The notes: generated from the sequence alone by a model not told the origin. Shown: positions 36,511 to 50,248, counted from the first letter of the stretch. The stretch is DNA of 64,000 bases from the human T2T-CHM13v2.0 reference genome, Homo sapiens (GCF_009914755.1 NC_060945.1); one strand, 5' to 3'. Translations and numbers: made by a program.

Positions 36511-38136
36511 ATTGTGACCAATAATGCAAGAAGTTTCTGGGTTCCCAGGCTGATGGGTTTGAAAGTCACTGCATCATGAATGTGCCCAGGACCCACACGT
36601 TGTTTTGTAAGAGAGGGGTTCAGTAAAATGTGAAATGACCGACATTCAACAGGCAGAACTGTGCAGAATGCACGCTTTGCCACTGATTGAAAGTGTTTCT
36701 TCAGTAGGTTTTGATAGAATATATTACTAATCTGGTAAGAAACAGCTTAGGGCCACTCAAGAAAAGAAAAGCAGCCCCTAGAAACATGTTCTGTGGCTGG
36801 GCACAGAGGTAGCTGCTGGAATTTGAACAGGGGTGAGCAGGACCTCGTGGACCTCATTGAGGGGTTAGCAGGGCTGGGCTGGGACAATGAGATCATTTTC
36901 TAGGCAGAGAAAAGACAACATGGTAAGTTAAAAACACTGAAAAGTCTGCGCTGCCAGAGTACAAATGTCAGCCAGGAGGGCCCTGACACTCTTGAAAGAG
37001 GGATTTGAGCAGTGGCCACTGCATCTACTTGGCACTCGTTCGCTGTGTAGAAGGGTCACCGAGTCCCTCATCAGAATCCTGAAAGAAGGAGAAACGGTGG
37101 GCACAGGCAGCACACCTCAATCACTTGTGAATAATTTCCTTCTGTCTTTCATAAACATAGCTATGATTGAAATGACCTTTCACGAACAGCAGGGAAGGAT
37201 TGTGGAAGAAAATGAGGTATGTGAGAAGCAAATCCATCTACCTGATTGCCATGTAACTTTCGGTGAGTCACGGAGTGAGAATTTCAGATGTGAATTAAGG
37301 ATTGCCAAGAGTGGTGATATACTTGAAAAGTTTCCTCCACGTTCTACTCCCTGTTCTACTTTAGAATCAGGAGGCCAGAGAGGCAGGAGGGAAGAGTACT
37401 TGTTATTCATAGTGGACCTTCTTCCTGAATAATTTTTAGGGTAATTATGTATGCAGCTTCCACCTGAGTCACTGACCTTTGGGTGAATGTTACTGGATAT
37501 GTACCTATGATACCCAGGCAAACTTTCTGCGGGTTCTACGGGCACTGTGAAGTGTGACAGACTTTGGCTGCGCGTTCACTTTTGATCATAACACGTCCAT
37601 AGAGTGCTTTTAATCTCCTGCAACTTAACATATGAGAAAATCGATTTATTTTGTAGTGAGTTCTGCACATTTCACAGAAAATTAAAGCTCTCTGAAAACC
37701 CAAATCTTCTGTGGGCAGTAATTCACACACAATATTCTGGAAATGTAAAATCCTAAATGCCTGCTGACTTCAAATCAATGTTTATAGCTTGTGTCTGAAT
37801 AGCTGCATGAATTGCTCCGCTCCTCTCCTTCTACTGCCCTTCGCTTTGATTTAGCCACTCATTTCCAGGGGCTGATTTTCTTTTTTTGCATGGCCCTAAG
37901 CTGTTTCCCATCAGATTAGTAACATATTCTATCAAAGCCTATTGAAGAAACACTTTCAATCAATGGCAAAGTGTGCATCCTGCATGATGCTGCCTGTTGA
38001 ATGTCGGTTGTTTCACATTTGACTGAACCCCTCTCCTACAAAGCAATGTGTGGGTCCTGGGCACATTCATGATTCAATTACTTTCAGGCCCATCAGCCTG
38101 GGAACCAGAAACTTTGTGCATTATTGGTTTTACAAT
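36511..38136. repeat. Long inverted repeat, arms 36511-36787 and 37860-38136
   Basis: Manual alignment of the left arm to the reverse complement of the right arm: ~27 differences over a ~238-nt core. Confidence 0.95.
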
Positions 38137-39007
38137 TTCAGCTGAGGCTTCCACAGAACAACTCAGAAGAAATAGGCTGTCCTGAGTGAGCCTTTTCCTT
38201 GACTTGTATTTTCTATTCTAAGGTCTATTGGCTTCACTGGCAGTGGGACCACTGACTTTTTCCCTCCTTTATCTAAGGGGACCTGTTGAGAGTCTCTATT
38301 TGGAAATATTTCCTGCCTGTCCTTAGTGGGGGTCAATGCCTGAATCTGTCCAATAATCAGATTTGACCAACTTGGTGGAAGTGTGGATTTTCCAGCACGA
38401 TTAAACCTTGAACATATATGGCTTGAAAATGTGCAAATACTCTTGGAAATGACAGGATCATGGTTCTCAAGAAAGAGAAAAAAAAGTAGCATGTGAATTT
38501 TCACAGATAAACGCCTAATGCTAATGTTGATCAGGATTAATGTCATTTCCTAGATTTCAGCAAATAAACACTGGGTTACTTAGGCCTTTGTGGGCTTCCC
38601 AGGAAGGTCACCACCATTTGAAATGAGACTTTCAGGGAAAAAGCTGCCAGAGATTAAACAGAAGGCTTACAGATGCATCTTCTGAAGATAACTTAGTATC
38701 TTCCATGGACATCTTTTCTAATAGAAAAGAAAGCTCTTCAAATGACCAAAACCATTGCTGTTTTGTGGAGGTGCTGGTGAACAGGGGTTTCATCACAGTA
38801 GCATCTACCTGTACAAACGAAATACTCGAAGTTCTGATTTCAGTTTTATCCATTTTCTTCTTTTGCAAGTGATGCATTCTTAGTGTGGTGGACTCTCCAT
38901 GAACCACAGCACAGAATTAGGAGTTTCTAAGCTCAAATTGACAAAGGATGTCTCCTTCTGAATTTAAAATGTTTAAAAAGGTTTAAAAGCCTTTTAAACT
39001 GCAGAAT

Positions 39008-40648
39008 TTAGAAGGTTCACAGATTTATTCTAGAAATAAAATGACAACTTTTCTGTAAGGAGCATACTGTGCCCATTTATTATAGAATGCAGTTAAAAAA
39101 AATATTTTGAGGTTAGCCTCTCCAGTTTAAAAGCACTTAACAAGAAACACTTGGACAGCGATGCAATGGTCTCTCCCAAACCGGCTCCCTCTTACCAAGT
39201 ACCGTAAACAGGGTTTGAGAACGTTCAATCAATTTCTTGATATGAACAATCAAAGCATTTAATGCAAACATATTTGCTTCTCAAAGAATAAAACCATCTT
39301 CCAAATTTCCAAAGCATGCATTGTTACTTGGCATTAAGTATTTCAAAATGACAAACATTGTTACGGTATTCTAAGGCCAAAATATAATACCTATTTACCA
39401 GACATACACATTACAACTAGAAAAAAATTACAAATGTTAACCTAGTATAACAATTCCATCAGGAATGAATGGGGAAAGGCACTGCATCCCTCTCATATCG
39501 CCACAGATCTACTATCCACTTGACATGCTTTGAATTCAAGTCCTGTTAGACATGGGAACAGCTTTTCCTACAACATATGATTCACAGGTAGGTTAATACA
39601 TCTTAGTCTCCCACTGCCATACTTTTCACCCAAGTGTACAACAGGTATGAATATATGCTATCAGCTTTATTTACAAGTGTATCTTGATGTCTTCGTGGGG
39701 TAAAAGAACCAACTATCTCAACCAACAGTTTCCAAAAAAGTTTTTGGCTATGATTCATGTATAGAAACCACCACATAAAAGAAACAACAGAAACTGAGGT
39801 CCGATCCCAAACACCTAAACTAAAATTTCTCACCCACTAAAAGTTGGCAGTGAAACTGCTATTCTCTGAATTGTATAAGCTAAATTCTACAGAGGAATTT
39901 CAGATCAACTTCTTTTGCAAAAGCACAAGTTACACGTTGCACGGTTGGGGATGCTGAGTGAATGCATTCCAGGAAGAGTTCCGCAAGCAAGTGCTGTTGC
40001 AAAGAGTCGAGAATCCGAGAATCTGGGAAAGGTGATACGTTTTCCAAACGCTTTCCTGGCTTCCCAAAAGATGTAAAACAACAACGGTGTAACTTTATAT
40101 ACGAACAAAGGTTAGTCTTGTAAATCAGTAATATACATGCACAAACATGAGAACATGAGGGAAGAAAGGAAACGCTACAATTTCCACATTGCATTGCTGC
40201 TGTTTTCACAACCTCTCTGCACTAGGCGGCTTCCTGTGGTACCTCTTCCTACCAGTAGAGAGTGGCCCCTGCAGGCCACTTAGAAACAGGAAGCTCTCTC
40301 CTGAGCTCACTGATCAACCTGCCCTTGGCACAGACAGAACCTACCAGAAAAGAACAAGTACAAAACACTATCATTATCTGTTTTCTCAAGACAGTCCCAA
40401 ATGTCCTTGTGCGATCACCACAAACTCAGTGATTGGCCCAAGTCATTCCCGGGTGCCATGAACAGTAACTGGTGTGCAGCATTAGAACAAGGGGACACGG
40501 CCTTGATTCTCTTCTGAGCAACATGAACTGGGATTTCTGCCACCCCGATCTCGGCTGCCACCTCCGAAGAAGTCGTGACCAGCCACCTCCACAGTAAAAG
40601 ATTCCTCCCGTGAGTATGATTTGGAATGCGTCCTCGTCGCGTGCCAGT
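39008..40648 (-). other. RCAN1: RCAN1 3'UTR (~1.6 kb; 3' end approximate)
   Basis: Follows the stop codon; repeat-poor; ends just after minus-strand AATAAA hexamers. Confidence 0.85.
39024..39081 (-). terminator. RCAN1: Two tandem RCAN1 polyadenylation signals (AATAAA at 39081-39076 and 39029-39024)
   Basis: tttatt on + strand at both positions; AT-rich sequence downstream. Confidence 0.8.
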
Positions 40649-40846
<198 letters not shown>

Positions 40847-41789
40847 TCACTCAGACAAGTCCTTGGGAGTCAAAAGGCAAACATAAAAGAGCATTCAGGG
40901 CTCTGCTGGGCCAGCTGCTCGTGACCATTCGATTGGGCTGAGAGACACAGCCAGACATATTTTGGGTTTGTATTTCTTTGCTAGCTCATTCAGAAAAAGA
41001 GAGATTTCCATTGTGCATGACTCTGTTTTTAGTCAAACATTCTGGGAGTCCAGGCACATGAGAAGTATAGAAGGAATGCATTTTTCTAGTTATACTTCAC
41101 ATGTCCACCAGATATCTAAACTACCCAGAGAACTCCCTTTCTGTCAGCATTTCCTCAAGTGTGAATGTGAGAAACTTCGGTTCAGGAAAAAGATGGATGA
41201 AGAAACGTATTTGGAAACAGAACCCTGGGCCTCCCTCATGCAGCTCCTATTTGAGGGTCGCAGTGCACGCCCAGGAAGGGCGCCACAGGAGGCCCTGCAG
41301 CAGACGCAGGGGTGGCTGCACGGAGCCAGGTGCTCTGGAAACGTTTTTGACCTGGGCATCTTTTCCTTAGAACAACTTCTAATCCCCGGGACCAGGAGTG
41401 TCCTGCTGTTCTATGTCAGCCTGAGTTCTACCAGGTTGGCCAAGTTCAGGCCACTCTGGTCCAGCAAGGGTGGGGAGAGCTTTCTGCAACTGAAAAACCC
41501 GGCAATGTAGAATGAAGGGACTGGGGCCTCCCGCTGGGGTGCCGCTCTGGCCACGGGAAGAGTGTGCATCTCTGGTGCTCATGAAGGCAGCTCTGAGCCT
41601 GGCTCCTTAGTACCCAGGGCTCATGGGCACTTTATTCTGCTTCCCTGTGCACCTCAGTTCCCTCCTCAGTAAAGGAGACGGTAAAGGTATTGACTTCATG
41701 GAGCTAACAGCATGAGTGAGTGCCCGAGGCAATGAGAACCCGGCTCACCACATGCTTGTCCAGCCCATGTCACCTAGAAAGATGTTTAA

Positions 41790-42260
<471 letters not shown>

Positions 42261-44062
42261 TGTGCTTGGGATTTCTTTGCAGTTCGGGTAAGTGAGGAGG
42301 CACCGCACCAACCACTGTGTGATTTCCGCCCGACAAGAGCGGCCCAGGAGAGCTTCCTACCTCCAGCCACACTGGTTACTCCTCTAAACCTGGAAGGTAC
42401 TTTTACTGATAAGGAAGGTGGTGATCTTTTCTCTATCACATGTGGGACTGGAATGTTATTATAACTGCACTGAAAAAGGCAAAGGAGCTCAGCTCTCTGA
42501 GAGAGAGAATTCAGGCATGGGAGGTCAGATGGATTGCTGAAAATGCTGGTTAAGAGCCTCTTACAAATCTACCTCTTTGCAAGTCTCTTATCTACCTACT
42601 AATCATCGAAAATCCAGAAAGCTCAGGGTTTAGGACCATAATTTGCAAAATCTCCGCAATCCTGTTGGTTGAAAAGCACAGGTGAAATATGAAATCTCAC
42701 TCAAGCTCACTGTTAAGTGAACCAAGGACAAACTGATTTTATTACGTCTATTTCCTAAAAAGCCTTCTCCAATAAGCCCTCGGTGAAGGAAGTGGTATAT
42801 TCTGGAGTATGCAGAATTTTTATTAACAGCATTTGCCTCTGGAACTGTGGACACCTCTTTGCAAGTGGAGACCCTGTTTTCTCCCATTCCTAACCTAGGG
42901 GAAGACTCCACACCCTCAGCCATGCTCATGCCCCCGGGCCAGGAGCTGCTGTGGGGGGAGCACACGCTTCCTCAAAATGGCCATTTCTGATCTTGACCTT
43001 CACGCCACAATTAGCAGTAAGTAATGTGACTCTTGCTTTATCCCACAGAGGGAATTTCCGTTTGGACAATGTTTTCAGAAATGTAATCTTTTCAATATGA
43101 AACTGCTGATGGACCAAGAAAACAAAACCCTCAACCCAAGGGAACATCAGATTGCTGGTCAAGGAGAAATGAGGAGCTGACGGTCTCAGCATTTATTTGA
43201 CTTGCTCCACGGACAGAGCAGGAGAAGGCTCAAACCTCTTCACCCCAAGACTCTCCCTCACACCTGCCTCCTCACCCAAACCCTAGAGGACAGGACAGGA
43301 ACCACCAACATTTTATGGTTTTCAAAAATCCTGCATTGAACACTGACTGTGAGCCAGGTGCTGATGGAAGTGCCTTTCACTCGATGATCTCATCTATTGC
43401 TCACAATTCCACCAGTTAAGGCCCACATTTTGGACAAAGAGCCTGAGGAACCTACCCCCTCCCCGCAGTGCTCACACTTTTGTCCCTCCAGAGGACGGGA
43501 ACTTCCTCTTTCTTTAGCAAGCTCTGTAGGGGACCAGCCCACAGGCCCTGGGGTAGGGCAGCCCGACCGCGGCCCTTCCCTCACCATGGCCTATGGTTCT
43601 CCTTCCCTTTTCCTTTAAGAAGGCCAGGTGAGAATCACAGGAAAGGGAGAATTTATTTTGATTAAAAATAACATTTCTTAAAGGGGGCATCGATTTTCCC
43701 TTTCCAAAGTCCAATCACTCATCCCTATCCGGAGCGACAGAACCTGGGGCCGGGGCTCAGGCCTCCCACGCAGGCTGTGCTCAGTGGACACAGGAATGGA
43801 TTCCTGGGACACTGCGGGGGGTGGAGGGGCGTGATGCAGGGTCCCCACGATCAGCCGCAGTCTCTCTAACACTGCAGGTGGTGCCAAGAGGCAGGCATGC
43901 TCCCAGCACAAGGGACGGTGGCGCAGAAGAATACAGAGAAGCTCACAAAACATGCCGGCATGGGCTCAGGAGAGCTACGGGGGTAGTGGTGGTACTGCTC
44001 CCCGGTGCAGGGCAGCAGCTGTGTCTCCCCCTGCCTCCCTCCCACCCGAGGGCCCTGCTCAC

Positions 44063-44222
44063 CTGGCCCCAGCTTGGAGATGGCATATAAGAGATCATAG
44101 TTTATGACTGGGGTCGCATCTTCCACTTGTTTCCATCCCACTGGCGGAGAGGCGGGAGGGGAGATCAGAAACTGCTTGTCTGGATTTGGCGGAGCCAGGT
44201 GTGAGCTTCCTATGTGTAAGGT
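44063..44222 (-). CDS. RCAN1: RCAN1 common exon 6 ([54 protein letters not shown]), with FLISPPxSPP and LxxP motifs
   Basis: 160 nt; seen inside ORF 43866..44243; family signature [10 protein letters not shown]; AG at 44224-44223, phase-1 donor G|GTGAGC. Confidence 0.99.
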
Positions 44223-46046
44223 CTGAGGAGAGAAAATAAGCACAGGTCAGTTGTTGCCAGGGAAGAACTGCAGTGAGGCAACAGCACCTAACGCCAGTTC
44301 CGGGAGATGGGCAGGTCAATGTCCAGGCGTCAGGACAGGTGTGATTCCAGGACCAATTGTAAGATGGTCTGTAATGGGGAGGGCAAAAGGACACATGAAC
44401 TCTGGTTGTGGCACAGATAGGATGACAGCCCCCTCCCAGGGCTATGGGAGTCACAGGCACAGGGACTGCAAATAATTACGCTTGACCTAGATAGACAGAA
44501 AATCAGCAGAGGTGACTTTAGTATATATGGAAATTTAAGTCACTGTCATTGAGGTCAGGAGGGCTCTTGGAATCAGTCTCTCCCCGCTCCTCATACCACA
44601 GAGGCAAGCTCTGAAAGTCCAAAGCCTAGGCCACAGTTCTGAGAGGACACAGCTTCTCAGGGACAGGGAGCCAGGGCTCCACCTGCCCCTAGGGTTCCCC
44701 ACCCAGCAGCAGCTCTGCACCTCCCTCTCCGGGACTCTGGATCAGATGCCAGAAAAAAAAAAAAAAGCCACTTCCCAGGAGACTTTAAGAAATAAGAATA
44801 AGGAACAATAACCTACGATCCTAGTTTGGTTTTAGAAATGCTGACCAGTGATGAGAGGGCTGTCCATAGAGCTCTTACATCTCAAGCTGCGCGGTGTAGG
44901 TTTTCTCTGCACTTCCAGATTGCCCTCCCCAAGTTTTCACAATGAATATGCATTGTTTTACAAACAGAAAAGGTCAGAGGAGTACTAAGTAATTATTTGC
45001 ATAAAATCTTATCCCGTGCAGAAAGGAGTGTACTCACACAGGAAGGCCTAGGCACCCAAGGTCAAAGCTCAGCCTGTGCCTCCCAGGGCAAAAAGGTCAG
45101 GGGTGGGGCGGGGATCCCAAATGCTTTATTTATTCTTGAAGGGCCCAGCAAGTTCGCTGTCCTCACTTTGAGGAAGAAAAGACACTTTGGCTCTCTGGCG
45201 TGGTGTCAGATGAGCTTCCTCCCACTGGGGGAGGCCTTTGGACAGGGTCCTCTCCCATCCCAGCAAGGTATGTGTGTATGTGTGTGTGTGGTGGGGGCGG
45301 GTTGGGGGGGTGCTCAGAGCCTGAGGGGGACTTGCTTTACTGAGGAGCTGGCTGCATTCTAGAAGCTCCTCTCTTCTTCCCTGACAATCTGTCAGCCCCT
45401 AAGGACATCAAATGGAACTCTGGGAGCTGCCTTGAAGGTGGGTCACCTGTCCTAAGTTCCCCAGAGGAGGGTCAAAATGGTAGTGGGCAGGAGAAAAGGC
45501 AAGCCCAACCCCAGCTACCCCTCTCCCTGCCGTGGGTGCCCTGGGGCTGGGAACCCTGCCAACCAGAGGGTTTCTTAGCATCTGCGCCCAGTCTGGTTAT
45601 CCCCTATTTTCCTTTCAAGCCAGACCTGGCAGTCCTGGGCTGATTTGCAGGCATCTTCTGCAGACTCCTGTTTCTCTGCTGAGTACCCCCAGCACCACAT
45701 GAGCAGGGAACCACTCTGGTCTGCTCAGTCTAGAGTGGGTCATGAGCTCCAACCCTTGAGCAAATTCATGGAAACCTGCTGCGCAAACCTTAGGGTGTTT
45801 GCATAGCCACGCCTACCCCGCTGCACCCTGCAAGCTCCCCAGTGAACAGGGAAGGCTTTCTTTCCCCCATCATTATCAACCCAGGAAGGTCAGGGGCGAT
45901 GTCTGAGGTTGCTTTCAAATGCACCTTGATATCTTCTTAAAACAAGTGAGACGCTGAACATTCAGAGTAGGAATTTTGTCTTTCTCAAGGTGAAGTCTCA
46001 GAGTTTCCGGTCAGCATATAACATAAGCAACGTATAAGCTGCTTTA

Positions 46047-46310
<264 letters not shown>

Positions 46311-46339
46311 TTACCTGCATATGACCCTTGACTAGATGA

Positions 46340-46660
<321 letters not shown>

Positions 46661-49227
46661 TGAGGAAGTGGATCATCAATCCTTTCAAGAACTCCTAACT
46701 TCTTTCTTAGAGAAAAGCCTTTCCCCTCTTAGGGGACTATGGCCTTTAGTCCCAATGCAGGTGATTTTACAAGAAGGTAAGAAGGTATGATTTATTACAT
46801 TCATCGAATCAGCAGAACAGTTGCCAATACATAGACACTACTTACGGTAACAAACTTTTTTAAAAAGTAGAATGAGCATTTTCCAGGGAGGTACAGTTTG
46901 GTAATTTGCTCCCCATGTTTCTCTGTCCTATGGCCTTCCCCCACTCACCCCCCCTTTTTTCTCTGTCCTATAGCCTTCCCCGGCTAGCCAACTCCAACCC
47001 CACCGTTCAGCTCAGGGCAGTGTTGCATATATCAAAGATTTCTTTAAGGCTTAAAAGAACTGCAGCTAATTTGAAAAAAAGAAATACTGACTTGAAAAAT
47101 AACAAAGTTGGTAGAAAGTTTTGCATTTCTTAAAATAAGTAGTTTTTAAAAATTTCCACGATCGCTTTTATCTCAGTCTGTTACTTTTTAACTCTCTAAA
47201 ATGATACTGGTTTAAAAATTAATGTTCTGCAAATGGACCATTTTCTGCATCCTGGCTTTCGTGTCTGTGCACACCTCGCTCTGGTGCCATAGGGCTAGTG
47301 AGAATTAGGAGATGTCCTGAGCTCTTAGAATGCAAAGCTCGAGGTGGGGGATTACAAGCTTAGGTTGCTCAGGGGACAGCCCCCTAGGCTGGGTCCTGGA
47401 GTGTGGCTGTCGGTGGGGGCAGCTGGGGGCCACTGCAACTCCTCAGAGAGGGAGTTTAACTGGTGGACAGTCAAAGCTCCAAGGAAGACTGCATGGGCTT
47501 CTAGTCGCCGGGTTTTGTGAATCTTTTTACCAGGCAAAAACACTTAGGACAGTTTGTGGGAGCCCGTGTGAAAGGCAGAAGGGGCTGGCCAGGAAGAAGG
47601 GGATGGCGCAGGGTGTGGATGGTAGGCAGCGCGGACAGAGCTCACTGAGGACCTTGGAGAACCTATGGAAGGCGCAGTGTCTCTGCAGTGGGAGCGAGGA
47701 TTCAGGATAAGAGAGGAGAGTGTCTTCAGGAATGTTCACTGCTAGCAAGCGCGGGGAGGCACTGGTGGATGCCTGCTCCACATGGGGCTGCGGGTAGGAG
47801 CAGGGTAGTCGGTCCCTGCCAGGCAGGTCGTTAAGGAGCAGTCGGAACAACCTACGACCTTGCTCTCCTTGCATTCCCCGGCTTTTCTTCAGTTTAGGGA
47901 CATTTCTGAGACTTTCCCACGAGGGATCCCGCAGAGGCACGTGCGAAGGAACGCGGAGCTGGCGGACGGTAGAGTTCATCTGGCCGCCTCTCACTCTTTT
48001 TCCCCACCTCTCTTGAGCACGGGCAAGTTTCTGGCAAAAGTGTGTCTTCGTACATTTGGAATTTTGTATGACCTCATCAATAGGCACTGTGACCCACTGT
48101 TTAGTTTTGAAGTTATGATTCAGAATTTGGGAGAGATGACTTTGAAGAATATTTTTAGAATACAGGTTCAGGGCTTAGGACCAGAACAAAAGAGAATTCA
48201 CATTATCTTTAAAATCTAGATTACTATGATGCCTTTCTCTTATAAAAGAATCTTATTTGTTCTAATAACTGATACCTAGTTATTATAGCTTTTGGATGGC
48301 ATCTCTACTTCATTTAAAAAATAGTGATTTTACTCACATAAGGCTCATGTTAAGTGAACTCACTTTGTAGTACTTTAAAAACATAGAATGTGCTCTGCAA
48401 TCTAGTCCAAACACTATGGTGCGAGCCCATAAGCATTATATACAATTATGGAGTTACATTTGATTTTTTTTAAAAAAAGAAACCTTCGCATGTCCCAATA
48501 TGGCTTTGGATATAAAGCATATAACACCACCAGGCACAAATACCACCCCTCAAATAGAGCATACAGGATTCATTCCTATACAGTATTATTAAAGCTCAAT
48601 TAGCCGGATAGCTGCTGATGAAAAAACTTACATTTTAATCAAATGAAGAAGAAAAGTGTAGTGATTAAAATGATTATATTAATCACCATCAAAGAGAGCT
48701 GCTGCCCAGGAGGCACACTGATCTCACACTTAATTTCTCCAGTTTTATTATTTGCTCTGGCGGCATTTTCTCTTGTTAGAGAAATCTGGGAGCTTGAGGC
48801 CAGGCCCTCATAATTACTACAAACATACAAATATCTTTATGACATTTATTTCCTAAGACGAAATGAAATTATTCACAACACTGGCTGCAAAAGTAAAACA
48901 CTATTCACTGTCAGAAGAGGCCTCTTTCTGAAAAGTTCACTTACAACATACACAGAATGAAAAACACACGATGCCCCAACTCTCGCCTTCCTAGTGAGTT
49001 GGTTCAGGGGCCTGGATGTTGTCAAATATTGAGATCTTTAGAAATTCCTTCCTCAGTTAATTCCTCAGGCAACAGCTTTTGATTTTCAAGGCTCGAAAGA
49101 CTTTGGATTTCTTTCAAAACCCCCAAACCCACAAGAGAGCCACATTCTCCCAAGTATTCAGTTAATAGTCCCAGTTAGCATAATGCTTTGAAAACTAAAG
49201 AAAATCACGTTATATTAGAAGCCTTAC

Positions 49228-49314
49228 CCTGGTTTCACTTTCGCTGAAGATATCACTGTTTGCCACACAGGCAATCAGGGAGCTAAAACTGTAGTTAAAG
49301 TTTCTAAAATGCAT
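49228..49314 (-). CDS. RCAN1: RCAN1 isoform-4-specific first coding exon (MHFRNFNYSFSSLIACVANSDIFSESETR)
   Basis: ATG at 49314-49312; 29 codons matching the RCAN1.4 N-terminus; phase-0 donor AGG|GTAAGG (GT at 49227-49226). Confidence 0.97.
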
Positions 49315-49369
49315 CTTGCTTTCTTACAGTGAAAGCGCTACAGACCCACGCAGTCAAGCCCCTAGTGAG

Positions 49370-50110
49370 ATTCCTTTCCAAGAGGCTGTAGGTTCCTTCT
49401 TGAGCTGGTGCTTATAAAGCAGTAAGGGCCAGCCCCCACTCCCTGGGGAAAAAAAAAGTGCAGCTTCCACAGCATCCTGTTTGGACAGCAAATTCCTGAG
49501 TCAAGTCCTGCATGCTTGCAGGCAGACAGGGACAAAGTGTAAGTTTCTACTGGAAAGAGGTGACGTCAACACCTTAGTCATTTTCCCTATGCTAATTAAC
49601 TTTGCTTGGGGAGAATGGAAAAAACAGCTGAGGTTTGCTTCACAGCTGCTTTATCAACCTCTCTTGCAGCATAGTTTCCACTGGTAGTAATTCCATTCAG
49701 CTACTCAGACAACACGCTCCTCGGCCGAATGGGACGACCCTTCTTAAGATGGAAAATGTTACAAAAGAAAAAGGATGAAGGTCTGTGGCAATAAACAGCA
49801 ATTAGACTGTAGGGAAATTTCAAGGCTTTGGGAAACCTGGAAACCAAAGTCCGGGTGACATACTTGATCCCTGGAATTTCCTGAAAACCTCAAAGTTTCA
49901 CTTTGGGGTATTAGAGAAAACATTTTGAAATCTGTCTTGGTCAATAAAAATTTTAAAGGACAAAAAGAGGAATCATTTTGAAGTGTAGTTAAAATTTTTT
50001 TCCCCAGTGACATTTTATTGGATGAATGTCCCAATTTCTACTTGTATCCCACAGTGGAATGGAGCAAACAGAACCTAAAACAATCCTAGGATTTTCATTT
50101 GAAAACTTCA
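49370..50110 (-). promoter_or_regulatory. RCAN1: RCAN1.4 calcineurin/NFAT-responsive internal promoter
   Basis: TATA-like TTTATAAG at 49418-49411; perfect AP-1 TGAGTCA 49497-49503; perfect CRE TGACGTCA 49561-49568 next to TGGAAA 49551-49556; dense GGAAA/TTTCC cluster (~49447, 49582, 49617, 49675, 49751, 49812, 49830-49843); kB-like TGGAATTTCC 49872-49881; matches known NFAT control of exon 4. Confidence 0.9.
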
Positions 50111-50248
50111 TTATTATAATTTGAGAACTGGGGATATGAAACACTTCGATCATTTTCAAAGCACTACTGAATTCAGGCAAAGGATACAAAAACACTAGCC
50201 TTTGAAACTGAGCAATCTAGCCTTTGAAACTGAGCAAAGAAGCATTAA

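Noticed and set aside
39666-39671. Internal AATAAA in the RCAN1 3'UTR as a major poly(A) site
   Set aside because: Use cannot be judged from sequence; the paired distal signals fit the 3' end better.
40962-41510. 182-aa plus-strand ORF antisense to RCAN1 intron 6
   Set aside because: Non-ATG start, no recognisable domain, and no promoter or poly(A) support; expected by chance.
43866-44243. 125-aa ORF as a standalone protein
   Set aside because: It is RCAN1 exon 6 plus chance in-frame intron sequence; canonical splice sites bound the real exon.
45285-45312. G-run cluster after a (TG)n tract as a functional G-quadruplex
   Set aside because: Irregular runs of a kind common in GC-rich introns; no independent support.
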